Source: a virus. Taken from it: 64,000 nucleotides of DNA. Under the pieces are notes generated by a model. That model was given only the letters and a program-made list of their open reading frames with translations, was not told the DNA's origin and did no database searches. The translations under genes and the position numbers were made by a program. The stretch spans positions 27,688-91,687 of the IMG/VR virus record IMGVR_UViG_3300037780_000016, one strand, 5' to 3'. This document shows positions 1 to 9,904 of the stretch, in pieces; positions within the stretch are counted from its first letter, which is position 1, and every line of letters begins with the position of its first letter.

Positions 1-328
1 AGGTGAGCTGTTCAACAAGGGCTCCCTGCAAGAAGGTCTCTTGGAGCTGGTCTCCTACCTGAGCCAGACCTCCGAGGAAGACGTCTTCCGTGTCTTGGCT
101 GAACAACCCAGCGTCTACATGCCCGAGCTGGTCATGCACTGGAACCAGCGCATCGTGTTCCCTGATGGCAGGAGCTACCTCTACCACAACTCGGTGACCG
201 GCGACCTGACCATCCAGAGCCGGGACAACGAGATCATCAAGCGCTGGAACGATCTGGAACCTGACAGCATGGCGACCATGGGTCAGATGTTCCTTGCGTA
301 TGTCACTCCGTTCAACGGGTATCACTAG
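1..328 (+). CDS. Hypothetical protein, 5'-truncated
   Basis: The frame of the 41..328 ORF is open from position 2; it ends just before the dut RBS. Confidence 0.6.
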   Translation, partial: GELFNKGSLQEGLLELVSYLSQTSEEDVFRVLAEQPSVYMPELVMHWNQRIVFPDGRSYLYHNSVTGDLTIQSRDNEIIKRWNDLEPDSMATMGQMFLAYVTPFNGYH

Positions 329-340
329 AAAGGAAACCCC

Positions 341-781
341 ATGAAGGTCCAAGTCAAACGCCTCACCCCGACGGCGGTCATTCCCGCGTACCAATCCGAA
401 GGTGCCGCCGGGTTCGACTTCCACGCCGATCTGGGCAAAGACCCCGCCGTCTTGATCAACCCCGGGCAGACAGTGCTGGTCGCCACCGGCCTCGCGTTCG
501 CGGTTCCGAAGGGTTACGAGATGCAAGTCCGTGCCCGTTCGAGTATGGCGCTCAAGAAGGGCCTCACGGTCCAGAACTCCCCGGGCACCGTGGACAGCGA
601 CTATCGCGGCGAAGTTCACGTGATGCTGCACAACAACTCCGGCAAACTGCAAATGGTCAACCATGGTGACCGCATCGGTCAGGGCCTGATCAAGGAAGTC
701 CCTCCGGTCGAATTCGAGGAAGTCGATACGCTGGACGAAACGGCTCGCGGTTCCGGCGGCTATGGGTCCACCGGCCAATGA
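341..781 (+). CDS. dut: Trimeric dUTPase
   Basis: Motifs AGFDF, RSS, GTVDSDYRGE, RIGQ and RGSGGYGSTG; AAGGA RBS. Confidence 0.97.
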   Translation: MKVQVKRLTPTAVIPAYQSEGAAGFDFHADLGKDPAVLINPGQTVLVATGLAFAVPKGYEMQVRARSSMALKKGLTVQNSPGTVDSDYRGEVHVMLHNNSGKLQMVNHGDRIGQGLIKEVPPVEFEEVDTLDETARGSGGYGSTGQ

Positions 782-1581
782 TCGGGGCAGAAGAGCAGTA
801 TCTGGCCCTCCTGCGGACCATCTTCCACACAGGGGACAAGGTCGAGGAGCGAACCGGCGTGGGCACGCGCTCTATTCTGGGCGCACAGCTCCGCTATGAC
901 ATCTCCGAACGCTTCCCCCTCCTGACCACCAAGAAGGTCTACTGGAAGGGCGTCGCTGAGGAGCTGTTCTGGTTCCTGCGCGGGGCGACCAACGTGCGGC
1001 CCCTACAAGCGAAGGGCGTCCATATCTGGGACGCATGGGCCGACGAGAACGGTGATCTCGGCCCGGTCTACGGGGCGCAGTGGCGTAACTGGCGCAGCGG
1101 CGGGCTCCGGTATGATCAGGTGACACACCTGATGGACCAGCTCGAAGTGAACCCGGGTTCACGACGCCATATCCTGACGGCGTGGAATGTGGCCGACCTG
1201 AGCAACATGGCACTTCCGCCCTGTCACCTTCTGACCCAATTCCATGTCCGGGATGGCAAGCTCTCGGCTCATCTGTATCAGCGGTCGGCTGACATGTTCT
1301 TGGGCGTGCCCTTCAACATCGCCAGCTACTCGCTTCTGGTGTACCTCATGGCGTACAAGCTGGGGCTTCAGCCGGGTGAGCTGATCCACACGTTCGGCGA
1401 CGTTCACATCTATGAGAACCACATGGAACAGGTGAACGAGCAGTTGACCCGCGATCCTCGGCCTCTGCCGACCCTTGAGGTCTCCGGCGAGTTCGATGAC
1501 CTCTGTGAGGCGACCATGGACAATCTCACCCTGACTGGCTACGATCCGCACCCGGCGATCAAAGCTCCGGTCGCAGTATAA
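778..1581 (+). CDS. thyA: Thymidylate synthase
   Basis: RTGVGT, LGPVYGAQWR, catalytic LPPCH, QRSADMFLGVPFN, GDVHIY. Confidence 0.97.
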   Translation: MIGAEEQYLALLRTIFHTGDKVEERTGVGTRSILGAQLRYDISERFPLLTTKKVYWKGVAEELFWFLRGATNVRPLQAKGVHIWDAWADENGDLGPVYGAQWRNWRSGGLRYDQVTHLMDQLEVNPGSRRHILTAWNVADLSNMALPPCHLLTQFHVRDGKLSAHLYQRSADMFLGVPFNIASYSLLVYLMAYKLGLQPGELIHTFGDVHIYENHMEQVNEQLTRDPRPLPTLEVSGEFDDLCEATMDNLTLTGYDPHPAIKAPVAV

Positions 1582-1597
1582 ACGAGGAGGTGACATC

Positions 1598-1915
1598 ATG
1601 GGCATCAAAACCCCTGTCACTGTTGATGGCGTGAACGTCATTGACGCCGAAGGCAAGCGCATCGCTCTGTGCGGTAAGGACGACGGCATCGCCCGTACCG
1701 GTCCGGGTATCGCCAAAGAGATCGCTGCCGCCCTGAATGGCGAAGAGGCTCCGGCCCCTGAAGCCGAAGAAGCCCCTGTCGAGGAAGCCCCGGCAGAGGA
1801 CAGCTCTGACAAAGAGCTGGTGACCCGCCCCGACGAGGCTGCGGACGAGGCTGCGGACGAGGCTGAAGAAGCCGAAGCTCCGAAGTCGCGTCGTCGCAGT
1901 CGCAAGGGCTCGTAA
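1598..1915 (+). CDS. Hypothetical acidic protein with basic C-terminal tail
   Basis: GGAGG RBS; tail KSRRRSRKGS; contains about 3 copies of GACGAGGCTGCG (1832-1865). Confidence 0.75.
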   Translation: MGIKTPVTVDGVNVIDAEGKRIALCGKDDGIARTGPGIAKEIAAALNGEEAPAPEAEEAPVEEAPAEDSSDKELVTRPDEAADEAADEAEEAEAPKSRRRSRKGS

Positions 1916-1935
1916 CCTAGAAGGAACTTCTCGCC

Positions 1936-2172
1936 ATGCCCGAGAACAAATTCGCTCTTCGCTCCAAGACCATCTGGGGCGCGATCCTCGCCTTCATCGG
2001 CTTCGTCGGTCCGGCTCTGTTCGGCGTCGAGATCGATCCGGCGGAGATCGAAAACGCCAACGAGATGTTCGCGGCTGCTGCCACGGGTATCTCTGGTGTC
2101 GTCGGCTTCGTGCTGACGATCTGGGGCCGGTTCACTGCCAAAGGCAATGTGACCGCAACCCCGAACTCGTAA
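1936..2172 (+). CDS. Small 2-TM membrane protein, holin-like
   Basis: AAGGA RBS; SKTIWG start, two hydrophobic segments, IWGR end. Confidence 0.6.
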   Translation: MPENKFALRSKTIWGAILAFIGFVGPALFGVEIDPAEIENANEMFAAAATGISGVVGFVLTIWGRFTAKGNVTATPNS

Positions 2173-2180
2173 ACGGGAGT

Positions 2181-2196
2181 GGGGGCTTCGGCCCCC
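2181..2196 (+). terminator. GC hairpin with TTCG loop
   Basis: GGGGGC-TTCG-GCCCCC just after the stop; U-tract weak. Confidence 0.45.
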
Positions 2197-2243
2197 CTTC
2201 CACCTGACATCCTGTCACCAACCCCGCGTAGGAGACGGTTCAT

Positions 2244-2723
2244 ATGACCGCAAAACCCACCAAGCGTTCGCGTCCGGCTGCCAAGAAGCCTGCTGCGAAA
2301 CCCAACAGTGTCGCTCCCAAGGCCGACCCGAAAGCGGACACCGCTATGTCGTCCGGCACTGTCCCCGCCCCTGCCGCTCAGGCTGAAGGCCCCATGCGCT
2401 TCGACAACCCGGAAGCTCTGGAAGAGTACCGCAAGGACAATCCGGACGTCGGCCTGAAGTATTTCGTCGTCGTCGAGAGCGTCGATGGCGTTTCCGAGCA
2501 CGCCGCGATCATGACCGTCCATGGGGACATGTTCCTCCTGATGGCGGACTATAAGGACCACGGCATTCAGGACTACATCTGTGCGGCTATGAACAAGGCC
2601 ATGGTTCGCGGCCACAAGCTGGGCTTCATGGATTGCCGCCAGACGCTCGCCGCCACGCTTGGCTTCGGCCAAGACAAGGAAGGGAACACCGTCTTCGACC
2701 CGACGGTCGGTCTCAAGGGGTAA
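2244..2723 (+). CDS. Hypothetical protein
   Basis: AGGAG RBS; codon usage matches neighbouring genes. Confidence 0.75.
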   Translation: MTAKPTKRSRPAAKKPAAKPNSVAPKADPKADTAMSSGTVPAPAAQAEGPMRFDNPEALEEYRKDNPDVGLKYFVVVESVDGVSEHAAIMTVHGDMFLLMADYKDHGIQDYICAAMNKAMVRGHKLGFMDCRQTLAATLGFGQDKEGNTVFDPTVGLKG

Positions 2724-2726
2724 CCC

Positions 2727-3248
2727 ATGAACCGTAGGGAGGGGTGGTATCTCGCGGGAACGCCTTCGCAGCCGAACGCACCCGGGCTGCAAGAGGGCTC
2801 CGTATCCGACGTGGAAGTCTACATCAACCCGCACACCAACCAGTGTGTGGTCGATTACGCCGCCGTCAATGAGTACGGCGTCGAGGTGACCCGGACGATA
2901 CGGTCCCGTGGATGGACCCCTCCCCCCGCCTCTGTCAGCTCTGCCCATATGCAGATCGAGCAGAATATGGACACCCGCCAACGCCGAGTGACGATTGTCG
3001 CCCATGTCGATATGGACGAGGATTGCCTGATCAGTCAGTTGGAGCACTACGCCCCGGAACGCGTTCAGCAGCAAATGCAGGCTGCCATGAGCCGGGTGTT
3101 CGAAGAACTATTCCCCACCCCTGCGTATGCGCAGCCTGCGACCATGGTTCCCGAGCCTGACCTCCCTGAAGATGCACCTGTGAACCCGGGTTCACCCACG
3201 CCGGATGCCCCCGCTCCGAGCCGGATGATCGACTTCGACGGGGATTGA
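2727..3248 (+). CDS. Hypothetical protein (C-terminus RMIDFDGD)
   Basis: Closely follows the upstream gene; its stop overlaps the -35 box of P1. Confidence 0.7.
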   Translation: MNRREGWYLAGTPSQPNAPGLQEGSVSDVEVYINPHTNQCVVDYAAVNEYGVEVTRTIRSRGWTPPPASVSSAHMQIEQNMDTRQRRVTIVAHVDMDEDCLISQLEHYAPERVQQQMQAAMSRVFEELFPTPAYAQPATMVPEPDLPEDAPVNPGSPTPDAPAPSRMIDFDGD

Positions 3249-3273
3249 CATACATTCTGGGATAGGGTATTGT
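3245..3273 (+). promoter_or_regulatory. sigma70-type promoter P1 with conserved spacer
   Basis: TTGACA-TACATTCTGGGATAGGG(17 bp)-TATTGT. Confidence 0.85.
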
Positions 3274-3306
3274 TCTTAAAGTAAGGCAATAACCCGGGGA
3301 TACAGA

Positions 3307-5031
3307 ATGTTCATAGGCATCAAGGTCGGCCAGCGCTCCGACTACTATTCCAGAAATGCAAAGACCCAAGGCTTCAGCGCCCCCTACTGGGCGTATAAGA
3401 ACTGGGTCTATATCGACTTCGACATGGACGACATCATCGGCACGTTTCGTGCTCCTCAAGTGGGGACGATGATGCCGCTGTTCCGCCATGAGAAGGCCCA
3501 AGAGATCATCGAACTGATCGAGGGGTATGGCTGGCATGTGGACGGTGACCGGTTCTGGCCGGTGGTCGAGGCGGTGGCCATGCGCCAATATCTCGGTAAC
3601 CGGGACAGCTCGCACAAGCAGCGCATAGCGACCCACAAAGAGCGCCCCGGTGAAGGCCGTCGCTTGGTCGGCGATAGCGCCCTCTCGGAGCGGTGGGACA
3701 GCGACATTTGCGTCATCTGCATGTCGGACGAAGAGGCCAAGAGCTTCCCGGCGTGGATGACCTACACACATTGGCGCGGCTATGAAGCGATTATTGTTCA
3801 GGCGCAGAGAGACCTGCCCAAGGCCACGACGATGCACCCGTCCATGGACAGCAACACCCGAATGCGGTCTCGCACAGGGTGGAGCGACATGGGCCTCGAC
3901 GCGGGACATCTGGCCGAATGGTTCGAGCGCCCTCTGGAACGTCGGCATGTCACGCTCTGGGATATGTACAAGCGTGCACGGGAGATCGCGGCGTTCGAGA
4001 TCGACAAGGGACCGTCGTCTGACGTGGAGGCCGGTTGCCGCCAATTGGCCAGCCGACCGCTCGCCCGGGAGGCCGTGAAGCAGACCAAACTGTCCGAGGA
4101 AGAGTGGGAGCGTAAGAAAGCCCACACGGTACGGGCAACCACCCGGAAGCGGGGCTTCGACTTCGAGGAGTTGGACAGCCTGCGTGAGGTGACCAGTTCG
4201 GCGACCCTGCCCGAAGGCTACGGCATGGGGTTCCCCGACCGGGTGCTGAACAACTGGAAGACGGTCGCCTATCTGCCTGTGGCTCACGACTTGTCCGGGT
4301 TCACCGATAAGACCCGCATGCACGAGAAGCGCTACATGGTGGGCAACGGTGGTTACGCCTACCAGAACATCACGCTCCCGGTCAGAACCAAGTCGTTTCC
4401 GGCGGACCCTGAGATCATCAATCTCAGGAATGTTCAGCGTCATGTGAGCAGCGACAAGGGCAGAGGCCGGGTGATCGCCCGCTTGCAACCGTTCGTCCTG
4501 ATCGGGCAGGGCCGGGGCACGAACGAGCCCATCGCTATGATCGGCTACGCGTTCCCCGTGGGTGGTGGCCCGGAAGAGCCGCGCAAGGATTACGTCTATG
4601 CGTTGAAAATCATCGAACTGGGGAACCTTCCCTCGACCCCGGCCACGGTGAACGTGTACGACCGTCAAGTCCGCCGAGCGTTCACCCGTGCACCGAGGCT
4701 GGCGCATGCAGCGAACATCTGCCTGAACTACCTGCGCGGTCTGGCGAAATCTGTGGAACCTCTTCGGGAGCCCGGTGCCAAGCTGGACAATCCGAGCTGG
4801 TCCCGCCGGGGTATCCAGTTTGCGGCCCCGCACTTGGGCATGTTCAAGTGGACCCGCCGACGGTACGGCTCCCGGCGTGGGAACGAGCCCTTGAACACTC
4901 GTGAGTGCATCCAGACTTTCGCCAAGGAAGTGTGCGGTCACGGCCTCTTTCGGGAGGTGGAGCGGGAAGAGGAGACCGTGAACCCGGGTGCAAATGTTCC
5001 GGTGCGACGGTTCGAACTCGACAATGACTGA
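3307..5031 (+). CDS. Hypothetical 574-aa protein (not a terminase)
   Basis: Long ORF after P1; no Walker or terminase motifs; C-terminus RRFELDND. Confidence 0.75.
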   Translation: MFIGIKVGQRSDYYSRNAKTQGFSAPYWAYKNWVYIDFDMDDIIGTFRAPQVGTMMPLFRHEKAQEIIELIEGYGWHVDGDRFWPVVEAVAMRQYLGNRDSSHKQRIATHKERPGEGRRLVGDSALSERWDSDICVICMSDEEAKSFPAWMTYTHWRGYEAIIVQAQRDLPKATTMHPSMDSNTRMRSRTGWSDMGLDAGHLAEWFERPLERRHVTLWDMYKRAREIAAFEIDKGPSSDVEAGCRQLASRPLAREAVKQTKLSEEEWERKKAHTVRATTRKRGFDFEELDSLREVTSSATLPEGYGMGFPDRVLNNWKTVAYLPVAHDLSGFTDKTRMHEKRYMVGNGGYAYQNITLPVRTKSFPADPEIINLRNVQRHVSSDKGRGRVIARLQPFVLIGQGRGTNEPIAMIGYAFPVGGGPEEPRKDYVYALKIIELGNLPSTPATVNVYDRQVRRAFTRAPRLAHAANICLNYLRGLAKSVEPLREPGAKLDNPSWSRRGIQFAAPHLGMFKWTRRRYGSRRGNEPLNTRECIQTFAKEVCGHGLFREVEREEETVNPGANVPVRRFELDND

Positions 5032-5083
5032 GACGTGAGTTAGTTTCGGCCCGAGATTTACCAGCTTAGGCCGAGGCTGCCCC

Positions 5084-6889
5084 ATGTCCGATACCACCGA
5101 GCAGAAGAAAAAGAACACGAAAGCCAAGAACGATCTGTTCAAGGCTGCCGCCAAAGAGCCGATGATCATTCAGGCTTTCCGCGATGCCGAAGGCAGTCAG
5201 CAGGTGGACGACGTGTTCGCGGCCAAGCAAGGTCGGTATGGCGGACAGGTCGGCGAGATGCAGGTCATCAAGCCGCCCTACAACCCGTCCTTCTTGCAGC
5301 GCCTGCCTATCGAAAGCTCGATCCTGCGCCAGTGCATCGACGCCACTGTCACCAACACTGAGGCCCACGGCTATATGCTGGACTTCGATGAGGAGTATTA
5401 CATCGAGACCGAGGATGGTGAGAGCACCATCCCCGAGGCGGCTGAGCAGGAAAAGAAGCGCATCGAACAGCTCATGGATTACCCGAACGAGGATTACACG
5501 GGACAGGAGCTGCGTGAACGCCTCCGCCGTGACCTTGAGAACACGGGCAACGCCTACATCGAAGTGGTGCGCAACAAGAAGGGCGAGGTGGACCGGTTCT
5601 ACCATCTGCCTTCTGCCACGACCCGTCTGACCTCCAAGGAGAAGACGGCGGTCGAGGTGGACGTATTCCTGCCCCGTTCGGACGGCGACACCAAAAAGGT
5701 GCCGAAGAAGTTCAAGCGGTTCGTGCAGCAGATCGGCACCAAGAAAATCTGGTTCAAGGAGTTCGGCGATCCCCGCAAGGTGAGCTGGGAGAACGGCAAA
5801 GCCGCCGAGACCCTGAAGCCCGAGGACGAGGCGACTGAGATCATCCACGTCCGCCTGTATGACAGCGACACGCCGTACGGCCTGCCCCGGTGGATCAACC
5901 AGCTCCCGAACATTCTGGGTCTTCGCCAGTCCGAGCTGACGAACCTCGACTTCTTCAAGGACAACGCCATCCCGGCGCTGGCCGTTCTTGTGTCTGGTGG
6001 CTCCCTGACCGAGCGCGGTATGCGTGCTCTGGAAGAAACCCTGACGCAGGTCCGTGGACGTGACGCGGTGAACCGGGTGCTCCTGCTGGAAAGCACCTTC
6101 GACGAGGAAGCCCAGACTGACACGGGCGCGGCCCCTGTCCCGCGTCTGGACATCAAGCCCCTCGCTGGCGAGCGCCAGTCGGACGCGATGTTCCAAGAGT
6201 ACGAGAACCGCATCGCCGACAAAATCCGGTCCAGCTTCCGTCTGGCTCCGCTCTTCATCGGCCTGACCACGGACTACACGTACGCAACCGCCAAGACGTC
6301 GTTCGAGGTGACCGAGAGCCAGCTCTTCGAGCCGGAGCGCCGACGCTTTGACGACATCGTGAACTTCAAGCTCCTGCCGACGCTGGGGGTGAAGTATTGG
6401 ACCTTCAAGTCCAAGTCTCCGACCCTGACCGACCCGCAGGACATCGTCTCGGCTCTGAACACTCTGGCGACGACCGGTGCCATGACGCCGAACCAAGCCA
6501 TCGCCATCGCCAACGAGCACTTCAACCTTGAGATCGACCTGATCGCCCATGCGTGGGGCAACTACCCGATGGAAATCGTCCGGATGCTGGCCAACAAGGT
6601 CACCCTGTCCGGCTCCGAGGAAGTCGGCGAGGCTCTGGACAACGCGGTGGAAGACCTCAACGACGAAAGTGAAGAGGGCGCGGAGACCGACGAGACCGCC
6701 GTCGAGGAAGGCGAAGAGGCGGAAGCCGTCGAGCCTGACCCGAACGCGGAGCCCGAAGAGGAAGACGCGAACAAGGTCATGCGCAAAGCGCTTCAGGCTA
6801 TCGCTGACACCGTGCGCACCAAGGCAGAGTTCGACGTGCGGACCAACATGACCGTTCGCAAGCGGACCCGCCCCGATGTGCAGCAGTAA
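5084..6889 (+). CDS. Portal protein (PBSX type)
   Basis: DLENTGNAYIEVVRN, YGLPRW, FFKDNAIP; first gene of the head module. Confidence 0.92.
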   Translation: MSDTTEQKKKNTKAKNDLFKAAAKEPMIIQAFRDAEGSQQVDDVFAAKQGRYGGQVGEMQVIKPPYNPSFLQRLPIESSILRQCIDATVTNTEAHGYMLDFDEEYYIETEDGESTIPEAAEQEKKRIEQLMDYPNEDYTGQELRERLRRDLENTGNAYIEVVRNKKGEVDRFYHLPSATTRLTSKEKTAVEVDVFLPRSDGDTKKVPKKFKRFVQQIGTKKIWFKEFGDPRKVSWENGKAAETLKPEDEATEIIHVRLYDSDTPYGLPRWINQLPNILGLRQSELTNLDFFKDNAIPALAVLVSGGSLTERGMRALEETLTQVRGRDAVNRVLLLESTFDEEAQTDTGAAPVPRLDIKPLAGERQSDAMFQEYENRIADKIRSSFRLAPLFIGLTTDYTYATAKTSFEVTESQLFEPERRRFDDIVNFKLLPTLGVKYWTFKSKSPTLTDPQDIVSALNTLATTGAMTPNQAIAIANEHFNLEIDLIAHAWGNYPMEIVRMLANKVTLSGSEEVGEALDNAVEDLNDESEEGAETDETAVEEGEEAEAVEPDPNAEPEEEDANKVMRKALQAIADTVRTKAEFDVRTNMTVRKRTRPDVQQ

Positions 6890-7823
6890 TTTCGACGACG
6901 CCTATGTGGCTCAAACGGAGGAGGAGTACCACGAGCACTATGTGTCTCGCATGGACCTCCTCCTGACGAACTGGCTCGATAACGACGAACGCCGGAAACT
7001 TGACCCCGGGTTCACTGGCGGTCTGGAATTCTCCCCGGAAGAGGCGGCTATCGCGGCCAGCCTGACCCAAGCCACCGAAGACGAAGCGGCTCTGGCCCTC
7101 TCTCGCTGGGATGTGGTTGAGCGCCAAGGCATCACCATCGCACGAATGAATGATTTCATCGCTGCGACCAACCGCTCCTTCGAGGACCGAGCCAAGACAC
7201 TGGAAGACGAGATGGAAGCCCTCGCCATGGGCTCCTTTGTTCTGGGCTCCGCGACGCGGACCCGGGCGGTGAAGTTCAGCCTGACCGACCTGCCGATTGT
7301 CGGCTCTGTCGTGAAGGCGTTCTCGTCTCTGGCGACGTGGGCCTTCTCCCGGTTCTTCAACCAGTTCGTGGCCCCCTCCCTCGAAGCGGAAATCCTGAAG
7401 GCCATCAACACGGCTGGTCTGGACAGTCCGGACTTCTCTGAGATCAGGGCTCTTCTGACCAAGCGGTTCCGGTCGTCTCCGTACTGGTTCACCGTGGCCA
7501 ACAACATCGCCAGCCGGGCGTATCACTATGGCTATGTGAAGAGCGCCGAAGCTCTGGGCTTCCGGACTGTCACGTACCGGGCGACCATCGACGAGGTCAC
7601 CTCTGAAATCTGCCAGTATCTGGACGGCATGGTGTTCCAAGTCGCGACTGTGATCCGGATCGCAGAACGCGCTGCGAACTCCTCCCCCGAAGAGATTATG
7701 GAACAGGCCCCCTTCCGGCCCGCCGAAGACATTGTCGGCAAGACCAACGCTGAGCTGGAACGCATGGGCGTCGTCGTACCTCCCCAACATTTCAACTGCC
7801 GGTCCACTCTCGAAGTGAATTGA
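6876..7823 (+). CDS. Head morphogenesis protein (SPP1 gp7 / Mu F like)
   Basis: ATIDEVTSEICQYLDG and PPQHFNCRS motifs; follows the portal. Confidence 0.88.
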   Translation: MCSSNFDDAYVAQTEEEYHEHYVSRMDLLLTNWLDNDERRKLDPGFTGGLEFSPEEAAIAASLTQATEDEAALALSRWDVVERQGITIARMNDFIAATNRSFEDRAKTLEDEMEALAMGSFVLGSATRTRAVKFSLTDLPIVGSVVKAFSSLATWAFSRFFNQFVAPSLEAEILKAINTAGLDSPDFSEIRALLTKRFRSSPYWFTVANNIASRAYHYGYVKSAEALGFRTVTYRATIDEVTSEICQYLDGMVFQVATVIRIAERAANSSPEEIMEQAPFRPAEDIVGKTNAELERMGVVVPPQHFNCRSTLEVN

Positions 7824-7837
7824 ACCCGGGTTCACTG

Positions 7838-7866
7838 TTGACCCTCGCGCGGGCGTGGAGTAGTTT
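7838..7866 (+). promoter_or_regulatory. sigma70-type promoter for the protease/capsid genes
   Basis: TTGACC-17 bp-TAGTTT, 3 bp after palindrome 7821-7834. Confidence 0.55.
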
Positions 7867-7896
7867 GCGCTTCATGTTTACGCATCGGGCACGGAC

Positions 7897-8475
7897 ATGA
7901 CCGAGAAAAAGACCACATTTGTACGCATCGCGAATATCGACCACGAGCGTCGCATGGTCTACGGCGTGGTCTACGAGCCCTATGTGCTGGACACCTACGG
8001 CGAGATCATGCTGCCGGAAGACATCGAGAAGATGGCTCACCGGTTCATGCAGCTCCCGGAGCTTCATCGCACCATCGACGTGAACCACGACAATGAGGCG
8101 ATCAAGGCGCACCCCATCGAAAGCTGGATCGTTCGCGAGACTGGCGGAGACTACCCCGTCGGCAGTTGGGTACTGGGTGTGAAGATCGACGACCCCTTCA
8201 TCTGGGAGAAGATCAAGTCCGGCGAACTGAATGGTTTCTCGTTCGAAGCCCTTGTCAAAGCCGTCGAAGTTGATATTGAATACGACATCGTCCGCGATCA
8301 CGTGGGGCAGACCGAAGAGAACGATGACCATACGCACCTGTTTTTCGTCCAACTGGACGACATCGGACGCGTAGCACGAGGATGGACCTCGGTGGTCAAC
8401 GGGCACTCCCATAAAATTCGTCACGGTACGGCGACCGAAAAGACCGATGGTCATGGTCACCGGCTGTTTTTGTAG
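7897..8475 (+). CDS. XkdF-like prohead serine protease core with His-rich C-terminus
   Basis: VYGVVYEP, IEKMAHRF, IDVNH, GSWVLGVK, IKSGELNGFS; HxH repeats at the end. Confidence 0.88.
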   Translation: MTEKKTTFVRIANIDHERRMVYGVVYEPYVLDTYGEIMLPEDIEKMAHRFMQLPELHRTIDVNHDNEAIKAHPIESWIVRETGGDYPVGSWVLGVKIDDPFIWEKIKSGELNGFSFEALVKAVEVDIEYDIVRDHVGQTEENDDHTHLFFVQLDDIGRVARGWTSVVNGHSHKIRHGTATEKTDGHGHRLFL

Positions 8476-8490
8476 GAGAGGCTTAGGCCA

Positions 8491-9855
8491 ATGAAGCGCA
8501 ACGCTATCACCACACGGGCTCGGGTACGGGCTCTCACCGATCCGGAACCGAAGTTCGTGTCGATTGTGAAGGCTGGCGCGAACCAAGTCCCGTTCCTGAC
8601 TGTCAAGCTGGACCCCAGCGCCCTCAAGGAGAACGACATCATGTCCCTGAAAACCGCTCTGGCCGCTAAGGGCCATGACATCGCCGTCCTGAATTTCTCT
8701 TCCGACAAGTTTGACAGCGAAGCCGCTGTTCAGAAGTGGCTGGAAGAAGGCGGCTACACCGACGTCACGGTCGAAAAGACCGACGCCGGTTTCACCGTGG
8801 TCAACAAGACCACCGAGTTCGACGGCGAGCCGGAAGAGATCGACACCGATTTCGCTGGCGTCTCCGTTCTGGTCGGCAAGGTCGCTGGCGCTGAAGTCGA
8901 AGCTGACGACGAAGACACCGAGACGGAAGTTGACGGTGGCTCCGCAGTGAAGACCGTCGATGACGAACCCGCTGTCGTCCGCAAGGGCGAAGAAGACGGC
9001 GAGGAAGTCCCGGCTGAAGAGACCATCGTCGAAGACGAAACGGCGGAAGACGCCGCCAAGTCCGAAGACGAGCCGGAAGCCGAAGAGGCTACCGCCGAAG
9101 ACGAGACCGCCGAGAAGTCCGACGAGCCGGAAGCGGAAGACACCCCGGAAGTCACGGACGAAGACGTCGAGGTCGCCAAGTCCATCATCGCTGAGACGTC
9201 CCGCAAGGGCCTGTACGACGTGATGAACCTCGCCGAACTGGTCGCGCACTGCCGCTGGGTGGTCGCTGACTTCGAATACTCCGGTATGCCGGAAGACGTG
9301 ATGGCCGCTCTCAAGGGCGCTGGTCAGAACCTTCTGGACGTCATGGCTTCTGCCATGGAGATGACGGTCGAAGAGCTGACGGAAGTCTTCCGCAAGGCTC
9401 GCGACACCGCTGAAAAAGGTCAGGGCATCGTGTCCGTGACCGACGTTGAGACCGAAGTGATCTCGACCAGCGACGAAGACAAGGTCGAGGCTGAAGCCGA
9501 GACCACCGAGAAAGCTGACGCGGAGGCCGATGCCGACGCTGATGCTGAAAAGACCCAACCCGCCGACGACGAAGTCGCCGCGCTGAAAGCTCAGGTCGAA
9601 GCCCTTACGGCCAAGATCGACGAGCTGACCGCCGCCGACGACGCCGACGATGGCGAGGGCGACGCCAGCACCACCGCCGAGAAGGCAGAGGAGCAGGATG
9701 ACGGTCGGGAAGACATTGCTCGTTCCCGGAATGGTGCAGACATCGACGAAGATGATGAAGGCAGTGAAGAGGAAGCGAAACGTGCTGAAGCTCGCAAGTC
9801 GAGCGATGAGCTGCGTATTCGCGGTTTCCTCGGACGGTCGAAGCCTCTTCGTTAA
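8491..9855 (+). CDS. Acidic scaffold-like protein; probable internal start at 8641
   Basis: Lies between protease and capsid genes; very D/E-rich, with a coiled coil; N-terminal FVSIVKAGAN; AAGGAG before ATG 8641. Confidence 0.75.
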   Translation: MKRNAITTRARVRALTDPEPKFVSIVKAGANQVPFLTVKLDPSALKENDIMSLKTALAAKGHDIAVLNFSSDKFDSEAAVQKWLEEGGYTDVTVEKTDAGFTVVNKTTEFDGEPEEIDTDFAGVSVLVGKVAGAEVEADDEDTETEVDGGSAVKTVDDEPAVVRKGEEDGEEVPAEETIVEDETAEDAAKSEDEPEAEEATAEDETAEKSDEPEAEDTPEVTDEDVEVAKSIIAETSRKGLYDVMNLAELVAHCRWVVADFEYSGMPEDVMAALKGAGQNLLDVMASAMEMTVEELTEVFRKARDTAEKGQGIVSVTDVETEVISTSDEDKVEAEAETTEKADAEADADADAEKTQPADDEVAALKAQVEALTAKIDELTAADDADDGEGDASTTAEKAEEQDDGREDIARSRNGADIDEDDEGSEEEAKRAEARKSSDELRIRGFLGRSKPLR

Positions 9856-9904
9856 GCGGCAGCACCCCACCTCAACTTTCGACGACTAGGAAAGGAACAC
9901 CACA

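Noticed and set aside
1832-1865. Short tandem repeats (GACGAGGCTGCG here; GAGACC at 56874-56903)
   Set aside because: In-frame low-complexity acidic linkers; a change in copy number would not shift the frame.
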